A stretch of DNA of 64,000 nucleotides from Candidatus Microgenomatus sp. (lineage in GTDB: Bacteria; Patescibacteriota; Microgenomatia; UBA8517), in contig DYGT01000003.1 of assembly GCA_020724555.1 (NCBI GenBank), positions 21,415 to 85,414 of the forward strand. Direction: 5' to 3'. The translations under genes and the position numbers were made by a program. Under the pieces are notes generated by a model, which did no database searches, was not told where the DNA came from, and saw only the letters and a list, made by a program, of their open reading frames with translations. Below, piece by piece: positions 1-8,972 of this stretch. Within the stretch, counting starts at the first letter, position 1, and the number at the start of each line of letters is the position of its first letter.

Positions 1-1648
1 TCTTGGGAGCATAATTTGAAACTTTTTCGCGGGGTTCTTTTATGGTTTTAAGCATGGATTCCAAAATAAACATCCTGCCTTCTTTTGCCTGGATTAGTGC
101 ATCTTTAAGAATTTCTGGCGTAAGATTTAGGGTTTTAACGTCCAGCTGAAGCGCGGTCACTCCATCTTTTGTACCCGTTACCTTAAAATCCATATCGCCA
201 TTAAAATCTTCAATGCCTGCAATATCGCTTAGAATGGCGACCTTTTTATCTTCAATTACAAGACCCATAGCAATACCGGAAACCGGTGACTTTATCGGCA
301 CACCTGCATCCATCAAAGATAATGTCGAAGCACAAGTACTGGCCATGGAGGTTGAGCCATTGGAACTGGTTACTTCTGAAACCAAACGGATGGCATACGG
401 AAAATCCTTTTCAGTGGGAATGACAGGCAGGAGCGCCCGCTCGGCCAGGGCCCCGTGTCCAATCTCCCGGCGGCTTGGGGAACCTACTCTCCCTGTTTCA
501 CCAACAGAATATGGAGGCATACTGTAGTGGTGGATATAACGCTTTTCTTCCTCACCTTCGGCTGTTTCAATTAATTGCCCCAGTGAAGGAGATCCCAAGG
601 TGGTAATATTCAAAACCTGAGTCTGGCCGCGGGTAAAGATGGCTGAGCCGTGCGTTCTCGGGAGCACTCCTACTTCTGAGCTTAATTCACGAATTTCATT
701 TAGCTTCCTGCCATCCGGACGTTTTCCGGCCAAAATCATTTCACGGATTTTTTTGGTTAAAAGAACATCAACTAAATCTTTTGCCTCCCGAGCGCTTTCT
801 TCGCCAACTGCTTGGGCAACAGCCTCTTTTAAACTATTCAAATCGCCTGCTCCACCTTCTTTTTGAGCCAGACGAAAAATTATGTCAGAAAGTTTAGCAT
901 CAACAAGTTTTTTGACTTGTTTTTCCAAATCAGGATCCGGAGTTTTATGGGCATACTCTTCTTTTTTATTGCCGACTTCTTTGGCAAAATTTTCAATGAA
1001 ATCAATAATTTCCTGGGATTCTTTGTAAGCAAATTCAATGCCTCCCAATATTTTTTCTTCAGGCACTTCCCTGGCTCCTGCTTCAATCATAACGATGGCA
1101 TCTTTTGTACAGGAAACGACCAAATCCATATCGGAAAATTCAACCTCTGATTCACGCGGGTTTATAAAAAAAGTGTCTTCTTTAAGCCCAACCGAGAGCA
1201 CCCCAACCGGTCCATACCAAGGAATAGTAGAAGCTTCTATGGCAGCGCTAACCGCCAGAGGGGCTATAAAAACCGGGTCGTTTTCCATATCCACGGACAA
1301 AACTGTAACGATTACCTGTACGTCTTTTTTGTAGGTCTTGGGAAATAGAGGGCGGATGGAGCGGTCTATAAGCCGGGCCTTTAATACTTCATCGTCGCTG
1401 GGCCTGCCTTCACGCTTTACCCAACGGGAACCTTTTATGCGGCCTCCGGCATAAAGGCGCTCCTGATATTCAACGCTTAAAGGAAAATAATCCAGCTCGG
1501 CCGTCAGATCTGAAGCTACAACCGTTGCCAAGACAACGGTCTCCCCATATTGCGCAATTACAGCCCCACTCGCCTGAGTGGCAACTTTACCCGTAGATAG
1601 GGTGAGGGTTCTTCCCCCAAATTCTAAACTTTTTTTAATTTCTTTCAT
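1..1648 (-). CDS. pnp: Polyribonucleotide nucleotidyltransferase (PNPase), 3' end runs off the window
   Basis: Not in the ORF track (open at the edge). Manual translation from ATG at 1648 gives MKEIKKSLEFGGRTLTLSTGKVATQASGAV, then DYFPLSVEYQERLYAGG, RREIGHGALAERAL and SNGSTSMASTC, which are PNPase motifs; follows rpsO. Confidence 0.96.
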   Translation of the reverse strand, partial: MKEIKKSLEFGGRTLTLSTGKVATQASGAVIAQYGETVVLATVVASDLTAELDYFPLSVEYQERLYAGGRIKGSRWVKREGRPSDDEVLKARLIDRSIRPLFPKTYKKDVQVIVTVLSVDMENDPVFIAPLAVSAAIEASTIPWYGPVGVLSVGLKEDTFFINPRESEVEFSDMDLVVSCTKDAIVMIEAGAREVPEEKILGGIEFAYKESQEIIDFIENFAKEVGNKKEEYAHKTPDPDLEKQVKKLVDAKLSDIIFRLAQKEGGAGDLNSLKEAVAQAVGEESAREAKDLVDVLLTKKIREMILAGKRPDGRKLNEIRELSSEVGVLPRTHGSAIFTRGQTQVLNITTLGSPSLGQLIETAEGEEEKRYIHHYSMPPYSVGETGRVGSPSRREIGHGALAERALLPVIPTEKDFPYAIRLVSEVTSSNGSTSMASTCASTLSLMDAGVPIKSPVSGIAMGLVIEDKKVAILSDIAGIEDFNGDMDFKVTGTKDGVTALQLDVKTLNLTPEILKDALIQAKEGRMFILESMLKTIKEPREKVSNYAPK

Positions 1649-1652
1649 TAAT

Positions 1653-1919
1653 TTATTTAATACCCAATTCTTTTGTTAATGCCCTGAAGCGATCCTCATC
1701 TCTTTTTTGAAGATACGCCAAAAGCCTCCGCCTTTTAGCAACCATGCTCAAAAGTCCGCGCCTGGAATGAACATCTTTATTATGAACTTTCAGGTGTTCC
1801 GCGAGTTTATTGATTTTAACCGTAAGAAGCGCTATTTGTACTTCCGGAGAACCTGTGTCTCCTTTTTCGCGGGCAAATTTTTTTATTATGTCTTGTTTTT
1901 CGTCTTTTAATAAAGCCAT
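1653..1919 (-). CDS. rpsO: 30S ribosomal protein S15
   Basis: [13 protein letters not shown] and [22 protein letters not shown] are the S15 signature. Confidence 0.98.
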   Translation of the reverse strand: MALLKDEKQDIIKKFAREKGDTGSPEVQIALLTVKINKLAEHLKVHNKDVHSRRGLLSMVAKRRRLLAYLQKRDEDRFRALTKELGIK

Positions 1920-1929
1920 AAGTCATGAG

Positions 1930-1977
1930 TCACTGAGAAAACGGAGTTTCACCGTCATCCCTGTTACACATCAGTGA
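1930..1977 (-). promoter_or_regulatory. Candidate structured rpsO leader (possible S15 autoregulatory RNA)
   Basis: TCACTGA/TCAGTGA outer stem (1930-1936/1971-1977) encloses an ACGG/CCGT hairpin (1941-1955); TGT-TATTAT -10 box at about 1980-1988. Confidence 0.4.
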
Positions 1978-2029
1978 GAATAATAACACACAAGCATGCT
2001 TTGTGCAATTGTTAGATTTAAGCTTAAAC

Positions 2030-2872
2030 TCAGCTTATATCCGTACCTTTGTAGATTTTGGGCTGGGTCCACTCACGGGGCGGTTCCTCAGCCTTCTCTC
2101 CTTCGGGGTTTTCAACTTTGCTTTCCTGGTAAGGGCGCATGGGTATTGCGCCAGTGGGGTAAGCTTTTGCCGAAACCGTGGGATTGGCTTTAGCTCCGGC
2201 TTGCATTAAGCGCGAAGCCAACGCAAAAGTTTCACTGGTCACATTATCATCGGCAAAATTTCGCGAGCCGGCGTATAACCCCAGCAAAAGATTTGTGGCA
2301 ATATCCTGGCTATAATCATCAATCAAACTGGCAACGATTTCAGAAACGCTTGTGGCTTTTTGCGAAAAGGACATCACTTCACGCGTTAGCTTAATGTCAT
2401 TTATTCCGATGTGAACTAACTCCACGTTTTTGAGCTCCTCTTTATTAAGTTGAGGAAAATGCCCGTCGTGGGCTCCACCAATCAAAATTGCCAAATCAGC
2501 GCTTAAGCCCGCGTAACTGACCTGAACGTCGCTTTCGGCCGGAGGTTTTTCACCCGGTTTGGGTATGACTATAAGTTTCATCTGGTTATCGACAACATCA
2601 TATGTCACGCGTTCAATTTTTTTGGGGTCATATTCTTTTAAAGAGAAAACTAAATTCTTGTTACCCATTTCCTGGGTGACCTTATTCACTCCCACCAAAC
2701 GGTTAAACTGAACAGTCATAGGTGAAGGACAATTTATAATCGTATCTTTTTTCTCTTTTAGATAAAGATAAAGTCCCAGCCCGGCTGCTACTTGGTCAAA
2801 ATAAGGATCTTTCGGCAAAAGTATTAAAATCGAATTTTTACTTTCAATAAGATTGTCAAATGAGTCTTTCAT
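2030..2872 (-). CDS. Degenerate DHH-family (NrnA-like) phosphoesterase homologue
   Basis: ILILLPKDPYFDQVAAGLGL, ATSVSEIV and IATNLLLGLYAGS resemble DHH motifs; sits in the usual nrnA position after infB; the DHH triad is absent. Confidence 0.7.
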   Translation of the reverse strand: MKDSFDNLIESKNSILILLPKDPYFDQVAAGLGLYLYLKEKKDTIINCPSPMTVQFNRLVGVNKVTQEMGNKNLVFSLKEYDPKKIERVTYDVVDNQMKLIVIPKPGEKPPAESDVQVSYAGLSADLAILIGGAHDGHFPQLNKEELKNVELVHIGINDIKLTREVMSFSQKATSVSEIVASLIDDYSQDIATNLLLGLYAGSRNFADDNVTSETFALASRLMQAGAKANPTVSAKAYPTGAIPMRPYQESKVENPEGEKAEEPPREWTQPKIYKGTDIS

Positions 2873-2881
2873 TTTTAGGGT

Positions 2882-4285
2882 TTATACGGCCGATAGTATC
2901 ATATCGCCTTTATTAAAATCAATTTGCGGTTTAAATATTATGCCGCAATCCTCGCCGGCCTTGGCAACACCAATATCTTCTTTGCCGCGCTTAAGAGAAG
3001 TAATTGTGGCTCGTCCAAGCTCACTATCCCCACGCATAATAATCACCCTATCACCTTTTTTAATCTCACCTTTTTGCACACGGCATCCGGCAACTTTTAA
3101 CTTTTCATAAGGGAAGATATCTACTATTTCCGCTTCTCCTTTTGTGTGTAGTTTTTTGGCTTCCACCAGCTCCGAAACCCTTTCCAAAAGTTTATAAATA
3201 ATATCAAAAGTTTCAATCTTCACGCCTTCGGTGTCGGCTAACTTTTTAACTCCTGACGGCGCTTTAGTTCCAAAAGTAAGAATTGTCGCACCGCTTGTTT
3301 TGGCAAAAAACACATCTGATTCACTGACTTCCCCCACGCTCGAATCAATAACAACGGCGTCGGCCGGTAAACTCGCAAGCAAAGCCTCCAGAGACCCGGC
3401 ACTTGCCGCTTTTACTACTAAGCCAAGTTGTTTGTCTGATACTTCCGCGAAAAACTTTTTGGCTGGCTCCTCTTTTAATTTGTTGGTTGTAGCTTTGCCG
3501 TCTTTGTGGTCACCCACCAAGCTCTCACCCACTTGCGGCAAATCAGTAAAGCCCAATATCAGGGCAGGGTAGCCGGGGAATACCTCTTTAACTGGCTGGT
3601 TACGCTCTCCAAAAATGCCTCGTACACGGGCTTTTGTGCTCTGTGAGCTTAAAACCTGTCCGGATTTTAGTGTGCCATTTCTTACCACGACAGACACTAC
3701 CGCACCCCTTTTATCTTTATTAGTTTCTATGACAATAGCCTCAAGATCCCCTTCGGGGTCGCCTGATATACCTTCCACTTGGGCCATAAGTTCAATTAAT
3801 TCCAAAAGTTCATTCAATCCTTCTTTGGTTTTAATGGATGTTTTTACCCAAGGAATTGTGCCACCTCGCCCCTCAAAAAAAATTCCCTCTTCTTCAAGCT
3901 GGGATATTGCGCGTTCAATGTTAGCTGCGGGAAGATCGATTTTTGTTATGACGACAATCATGGGGGTTTCGGACTCACGGATATAGCTTATGGCTTCTTT
4001 TGTTTGCGGCATAACGCCGTCGTCAGCAGCTACTACCAAAAGTACAATATCAGCAACTTTTGCCCCACGGGCACGCATTTGGGAAAAAGCTGCATGTCCG
4101 GGAGTATCTACAAAAGTAATGGTCCCTTCCTGGCTTTTAAGCACCGAGGCACCGATGCCTTGGGTAATGCCACCCGCTTCGCGGCCTTGGATATTAGTTT
4201 GCCGGAGGGCATCCAACAAAGAAGTCTTGCCGTGGTCCACATGGCCTAAAACTGTCACAATTGGTGGTCTTTTGGATTCCTTCAT
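2882..4285 (-). CDS. infB: Translation initiation factor IF-2 (short form, no N-terminal domain)
   Basis: RPPIVTVLGHVDHGKTSLLD, EAGGITQ, DTPGHAAF. Confidence 0.97.
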   Translation of the reverse strand: MKESKRPPIVTVLGHVDHGKTSLLDALRQTNIQGREAGGITQGIGASVLKSQEGTITFVDTPGHAAFSQMRARGAKVADIVLLVVAADDGVMPQTKEAISYIRESETPMIVVITKIDLPAANIERAISQLEEEGIFFEGRGGTIPWVKTSIKTKEGLNELLELIELMAQVEGISGDPEGDLEAIVIETNKDKRGAVVSVVVRNGTLKSGQVLSSQSTKARVRGIFGERNQPVKEVFPGYPALILGFTDLPQVGESLVGDHKDGKATTNKLKEEPAKKFFAEVSDKQLGLVVKAASAGSLEALLASLPADAVVIDSSVGEVSESDVFFAKTSGATILTFGTKAPSGVKKLADTEGVKIETFDIIYKLLERVSELVEAKKLHTKGEAEIVDIFPYEKLKVAGCRVQKGEIKKGDRVIIMRGDSELGRATITSLKRGKEDIGVAKAGEDCGIIFKPQIDFNKGDMILSAV

Positions 4286-4317
4286 AATTTTTTAAATAAC
4301 CAAGTTTATTCACCATT

Positions 4318-5367
4318 TTAATTTTCAGATGATTCGTCACTTGCGTCTTTTTGGGGGGCTTCTTCCTCGCTAGTAGTTGCCGGCCCCTCACCGTTTCCTT
4401 GTACTTCAATTTTCCAACCAGTAAGCTTTGAGGCAAGCCGGGCATTTTGCCCATCTTTTCCAATAGCCAAAGAAAGCTGCTCTTCCGGCACAGTAAGCAC
4501 AACGCTTTTTTCTGCCTCGTTAAATTTCATATCAATCACTTCCACGGGCGACATAGTGGCTTTTATAAATTCGCGCTCATCTTCGCTAAAAGGAACAATA
4601 TCAATCCGTTCTCCTCCAAGCTCATTGGTGACGGCCTGTACGCGTACACCTTTTTGTCCGACACAAGAGCCTACCGGATCCACCCCGGATTGGCTTGAAT
4701 ATACGGCGATTTTTGTGCGTATCCCAGGCTCCCTGGCGATGCCTTTTATTTCTACGCTGCCCGAGGCAACTTCCGGTACTTCACGCGCGAAAATTCTTTC
4801 GACAAAGGCTCTGTCGGCTCTGGATAATACTACCTGTTTTCCACGCGGAGTATCTTCAATTTCTTTAAGAAAAAAAGTTAGTCTTTGGCCGGGATTCAGG
4901 CGCTCGGTGGGAATGCGCTCAATGGCAGGCATAATCCCTTCGGTGCGGCCTAAATCCACGCGCACATTGGGCCCGTCAAAACGAAGGACAATACCCGAAA
5001 TAAGGCTGCCCACACGGGATTCAAATTCATCCATAACAACTCCTTTTTCGGCTTCACGGATCTTCTGGTGAATCACCTGCTTGGCGGTCTGGGCTGCGAT
5101 TCTCCCAAAACCCGGGGGCGTAACGTCTTTTTTTTCTTCGGGCTTTTCCGGATCCCAGGCCAATATTTTAGCCTCACCCGTAACTTTGTCTATTTCGGCG
5201 TCGTATTCAAGCTCGTCAACTTCAATGCCGCCTTCGCGTGCGTCGCGTTTGTAAGCCGCCACATAAGCCTGACGGATGGTTTCTAAAATCACATCCGGAT
5301 CCAGACCACGCTCGGTTGTAATGGCCTTTAGTGCTTGTGCAAATTCTGTTCTTGGTAATCCTGCCAT
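4318..5367 (-). CDS. nusA: Transcription termination/antitermination factor NusA
   Basis: FGRIAAQTAKQVI, IAREPGIRTKIAV, LSLAIGKDGQNARLA. Confidence 0.98.
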   Translation of the reverse strand: MAGLPRTEFAQALKAITTERGLDPDVILETIRQAYVAAYKRDAREGGIEVDELEYDAEIDKVTGEAKILAWDPEKPEEKKDVTPPGFGRIAAQTAKQVIHQKIREAEKGVVMDEFESRVGSLISGIVLRFDGPNVRVDLGRTEGIMPAIERIPTERLNPGQRLTFFLKEIEDTPRGKQVVLSRADRAFVERIFAREVPEVASGSVEIKGIAREPGIRTKIAVYSSQSGVDPVGSCVGQKGVRVQAVTNELGGERIDIVPFSEDEREFIKATMSPVEVIDMKFNEAEKSVVLTVPEEQLSLAIGKDGQNARLASKLTGWKIEVQGNGEGPATTSEEEAPQKDASDESSEN

Positions 5368-5393
5368 AATAATTTTAATATACGCTCGCTAAC

Positions 5394-5418
5394 AAAAAAG
5401 GCGGGCACTCGTCCCACC
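5394..5418 (-). terminator. Terminator-like hairpin in the nusA 5' leader (candidate attenuator)
   Basis: Minus strand reads GGTGGG-acgagtg-CCCGCC-TTTTTT, between the promoter and the nusA ATG. Confidence 0.6.
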
Positions 5419-5438
5419 AACTTTCATATTCTTTGGCT

Positions 5439-5468
5439 ATTGTACCTCTTTGGCTTTATTAAAGTCAA
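5439..5468 (-). promoter_or_regulatory. Sigma70-type promoter of the nusA operon
   Basis: TTGACT (5468-5463), 18 nt, TACAAT (5444-5439). Confidence 0.6.
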
Positions 5469-5598
5469 ACAAATACTGCATTACTATTACCCCCTCTATA
5501 TTAATGTATCGATACATCAATACAATACTTTATACAAAAAAATAATGCGAATTGGCCTTTCCAATAATTATACGGTTTGATGTTGGGGCTGAAGCTAC

Positions 5599-7859
5599 TT
5601 ATTCAGAGTTTGTCCCGTTTTGGGCGGCTGCAAGTATAATCTTAAAAGGTATAATCTGAGTGGAAAGCCCAGCCTTTTGAGCTGTGATGGCGACTGTTGA
5701 GTCAGGGTAAAGGGTGGGTGTCAGGCTAAAGGTGGAGTCAGCTCCTGTGGTTGCAGTGAATGTCTTCACTTCCCCAGGGTTTTGGTTGTTGACCACAGTC
5801 AGGCTGATGAGGGAGTCGGCAAAGGCAATACCAGTGAAGATGGGAGTAAGGGTGGTTGTGGTATAGCTTGTCCTCACGCTTTCCGGCCTGAAGGAAGAAA
5901 TGATGCCTGTGTTTACTCCAGTTGCCCGGTTGATCTGAAGTGGGAACCAAAAGCCCGAGAAAAGTGGCGTACTTTCCACTGAAACAAGGGCTTGGGTGAG
6001 GGTGAGAGGAACTACATTTGTGTCAAAGTGATTGCCCCATTTGTCAACTGCCCTCACTTTCACCTCATACTCCCCCGGGGTGAATGTGGCCTGGGCTGTA
6101 AGCACCCCTTCTGAATTGGCAGAGACTACTACTCTCCCATCCTCCCCTACTAGGCTCACAGGTACTCGCTTTAAGTATTGAGTGAAATTTCCGTCTTTGC
6201 CAATATACACCTCAAAGCGGTCAAGGTTACTTTTGATGTGCTCCACATTTTTACTGGGAATGTGGAAGGAAAAAGTAGGTACCGCTCCTTCTGTGCTCAC
6301 ACTGTCCAAGGTAAATGGCCAAAAGAGGAAAGCTTCCTGGGTTTCAATTCTGGACTGGTAGGAAGTGGCTCTGAAGTGAGCAGTGAAGCCATCTCCCTCG
6401 CTCCACCGGTCGCGTGGAGCCACCCCTGCCCATGGCTCAAAGTCATGGTAAAACTCAGTAATTGTCTCGTGGTCTGAGTGCTGGCGCTTGGAAAAATTCG
6501 TGAGTGGTCCAAAGCCCTGGTTGTTGATGGAAACCTCGGGGCTGCGAAGGTCAAACTTCCCATACTCCCCCATGACAATGTTTCCACTCAGCCTCATCTT
6601 GTCCCCACTGCTTTCAGGTGGGTAGTTCACGGTAAAGCCTGGCGTGGCAGTGGCTTCATAATCTTCAAAGATGAGGATGCGGTTGTTTCCAGAGTCAACA
6701 ACGAGCAATTTATTTTGATACTCAAATACTCTACCTGCCCCGGAGATGGTATTCGCGGAAGTTGTTCCTCCGGCATTACTCAGACTCCCAGATAAATCTG
6801 TTTGACCTATGACCACGTCCGCTGATGCCCCGTTTGTAGTAGGGATAGCATTGAAAATGAGAACACGATTGTGATTGGCGTCTCCTACGAATAATTTGCT
6901 CCCGCTTGAGAAAGGGATCCGTATGTTGCCAAGAGTATTAGGAGCCGCAGGTAGATCAGTATCAGTATCAAAGTCAGCCTGACCAATTACCACATCTGCT
7001 GGAACATAGTTTCCGGTTGGAATAGAATTCCAAAGCAGGATTCGGTAAGCATTTGGATCTGCCACAAAAAGTCTGCCTGATGTGTCTATTGTGACACCCA
7101 GACCGTTTACAATGGTGTATCGCGATGCCGAAACGCTATCACAGGTTGTAAAATCCGGTTGACCCAAGACCACATCGGCTGGAGCGTAATTTGTTGTAGG
7201 AATCGAATTCCATATAAGTACTCGGTCGTGACTTGCGTCGGATACGACTAATTTTCCATGGTGTACAGCCATTCCGTAGGGTACGTACAGAGTCTTGTTA
7301 TCACACGTGGCTTCTTGACTTGTCATGGTACTATTTCCCACAACAACGTCGGCAGGTTCTCCATTTGTTGTTGGAAATTCATTCCAAATAAGCACGCGGT
7401 GGTTATATGCGTCTGCAACAAAAAGCTTATCTTGGTAAACCCAGACTGCTGTAGGATTTCTAAGCGTATCAGCATCTCTAGCTCCTCCTCCGTTAATTGA
7501 CCCTGTGTCAAAATCTGATTGGCCAAGCACGAGGTCGGCTGGAGTCCCATTAGTTGCTGGTATCTGATTCCAAATTAGAACACGGTTATTGTTATATTCG
7601 GCTACGATTAAGTGCCCTTTTTCATCTACAAAAATCCCTGAAGGGCTGTTTAAACTAGTCGATGACGTTCCTGGAGAATTCGTGGAAAAGTCTGGTTGGC
7701 CAATGACAACAGAAGCTGGCATATTGGTGTAGTATCCCCAGGCTTTGCTTGGGACAAGAACGAGGAAAATAAAAAGTGAAAAAAATAAACCTATTAAGAC
7801 TTTATGTGAGTGAGTGAGTGAGTGAGTGAGTGAGTGAGTGAGTGAGTGAGTGCATACAT
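5599..7859 (-). CDS. Secreted NHL-repeat (beta-propeller) surface protein with Ig-like C-terminal region; 5' end frameshifted in an (ACTC)n tract (phase OFF)
   Basis: Track ORF 5599-7722 has repeated NHL units (DxxNxRVLIWNxxPTxNxxPADxVxGQxDF). The frame stays open upstream through a signal peptide HKVLIGLFFSLFIFLVLVPSKAWG into the repeat, but both ATGs (7855, 7859) are out of frame. Confidence 0.85.
7807..7852. repeat. Perfect tetranucleotide microsatellite (TGAG)11+TG, i.e. (ACTC)n on the coding strand
   Basis: Counted directly: TGAG x11 at 7807-7850. Confidence 0.98.
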
Positions 7860-8014
7860 TATTTTAAATTCAAAAGGCAAATTATTTGATCTGATTAATC
7901 TTATTAAAAGCATAAAGCCAAAAGGTTGTCAAGATTGAGAAGTTTCTAAAATAGGGTCTATACCCAAAATATTTCAATTTACAATTTTAGAAATATTTTT
8001 GGGTTCAAAATCTC

Positions 8015-8209
8015 TTACGAGAATTGCAAATTCGAGTAAGAGGAGTTTATCTTGGTATAGAGCTCGTCCTTAAATTGGGAAAATTTTTCTTCGAGCTTTT
8101 CGTCAAGTTTCTCTTCAAGTTTTTGCTCAAGCTTTTCTTCGAGCTTTTCTTCGAGCTTGCGCTCAACAACATCACTGATTTGTTTTAAATCCCTTGATGT
8201 TAATGGCAT
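8015..8209 (-). CDS. Small coiled-coil protein with LEEK tetrapeptide repeats, possibly truncated
   Basis: KLEEKLEEKLEQKLEEKLDEKLEEK is encoded by degenerate 12-nt repeats; ATG is preceded by an AT-rich -10-like box. Confidence 0.6.
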   Translation of the reverse strand: MPLTSRDLKQISDVVERKLEEKLEEKLEQKLEEKLDEKLEEKFSQFKDELYTKINSSYSNLQFS

Positions 8210-8362
8210 ACATAATATATATAACAGGGAGAGTTAATTGGCAATTGCCAAGTTATGCTCTGCCACAAATGTTTGTTTAATTTGACTGCCCTGTGTTAAA
8301 ATTCAGCTGAAATGAGAGTGATTATTATTTCTAAAAAGTTTAGATTATTTTAGATTAATATT

Positions 8363-8968
8363 GTGGAAGATAATAAAGACAACAATCAAACTTCAGAACA
8401 TCCAAAACCAAAATTTATAAATGCTGAAAAATTTTTAGATACCTTTACCAAGCAAGTAAATGATCCGGGATGGATAGAAATAAGGAGGCAAAATGGCGCA
8501 GACACAGTCGTTTATACTTTAGGCAGCGGTTCTTCAAATGTGGAAACTGATGCAATTAATTTTTTGTGGCCAAATGCCAAAAAATTTGCAGTTGATCCCG
8601 ATAATACCGGCAAAATGGCAGCAGAATATTTTGGGTTTAATTTTATTACCAAATCGGCTACCGATCCGACAATTTATCAAGAGGGTGGTCAGGAGTTAAA
8701 CCCAGATTTGGTGATTATAAGAAATCCCAAACCAACAGGAGATAGTGAAATGTGGACTGAGGCTATTAGATTAGCATGGGAAAAAATGAAACCCGGAGGG
8801 ATACTTTATGTAACCGCTTCGTCTAATGAAAGGGAGAAAAATTCGGAAATACTTTCTAATGCCTTAAACAAATCAGAAGAGGAATTTATAGACAGCTGGA
8901 AGGTTAATCCACAAACTTTGGGTCTCGGAGCTTTTCCTGATCAGATAGTAATTTGCCTTAAAAAATGA
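8363..8968 (+). CDS. Putative class I SAM-dependent methyltransferase-like protein
   Basis: TLGSGSS (motif I-like), AVDPD, PDLVIIRNP, MKPGGILYV. Confidence 0.6.
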   Translation: MEDNKDNNQTSEHPKPKFINAEKFLDTFTKQVNDPGWIEIRRQNGADTVVYTLGSGSSNVETDAINFLWPNAKKFAVDPDNTGKMAAEYFGFNFITKSATDPTIYQEGGQELNPDLVIIRNPKPTGDSEMWTEAIRLAWEKMKPGGILYVTASSNEREKNSEILSNALNKSEEEFIDSWKVNPQTLGLGAFPDQIVICLKK

Positions 8969-8972
8969 ATCA

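Noticed and set aside
213-1334. Plus-strand ORFs over pnp, and similar antisense ORFs over infB, nusA, dnaK, dnaJ and comM
   Set aside because: They are shadow frames of conserved opposite-strand genes with no recognisable motifs.
7807-7852. CRISPR array or telomere-like repeat
   Set aside because: It is a spacerless tetranucleotide tract with no cas genes; no repeat-spacer array was seen anywhere in the window.
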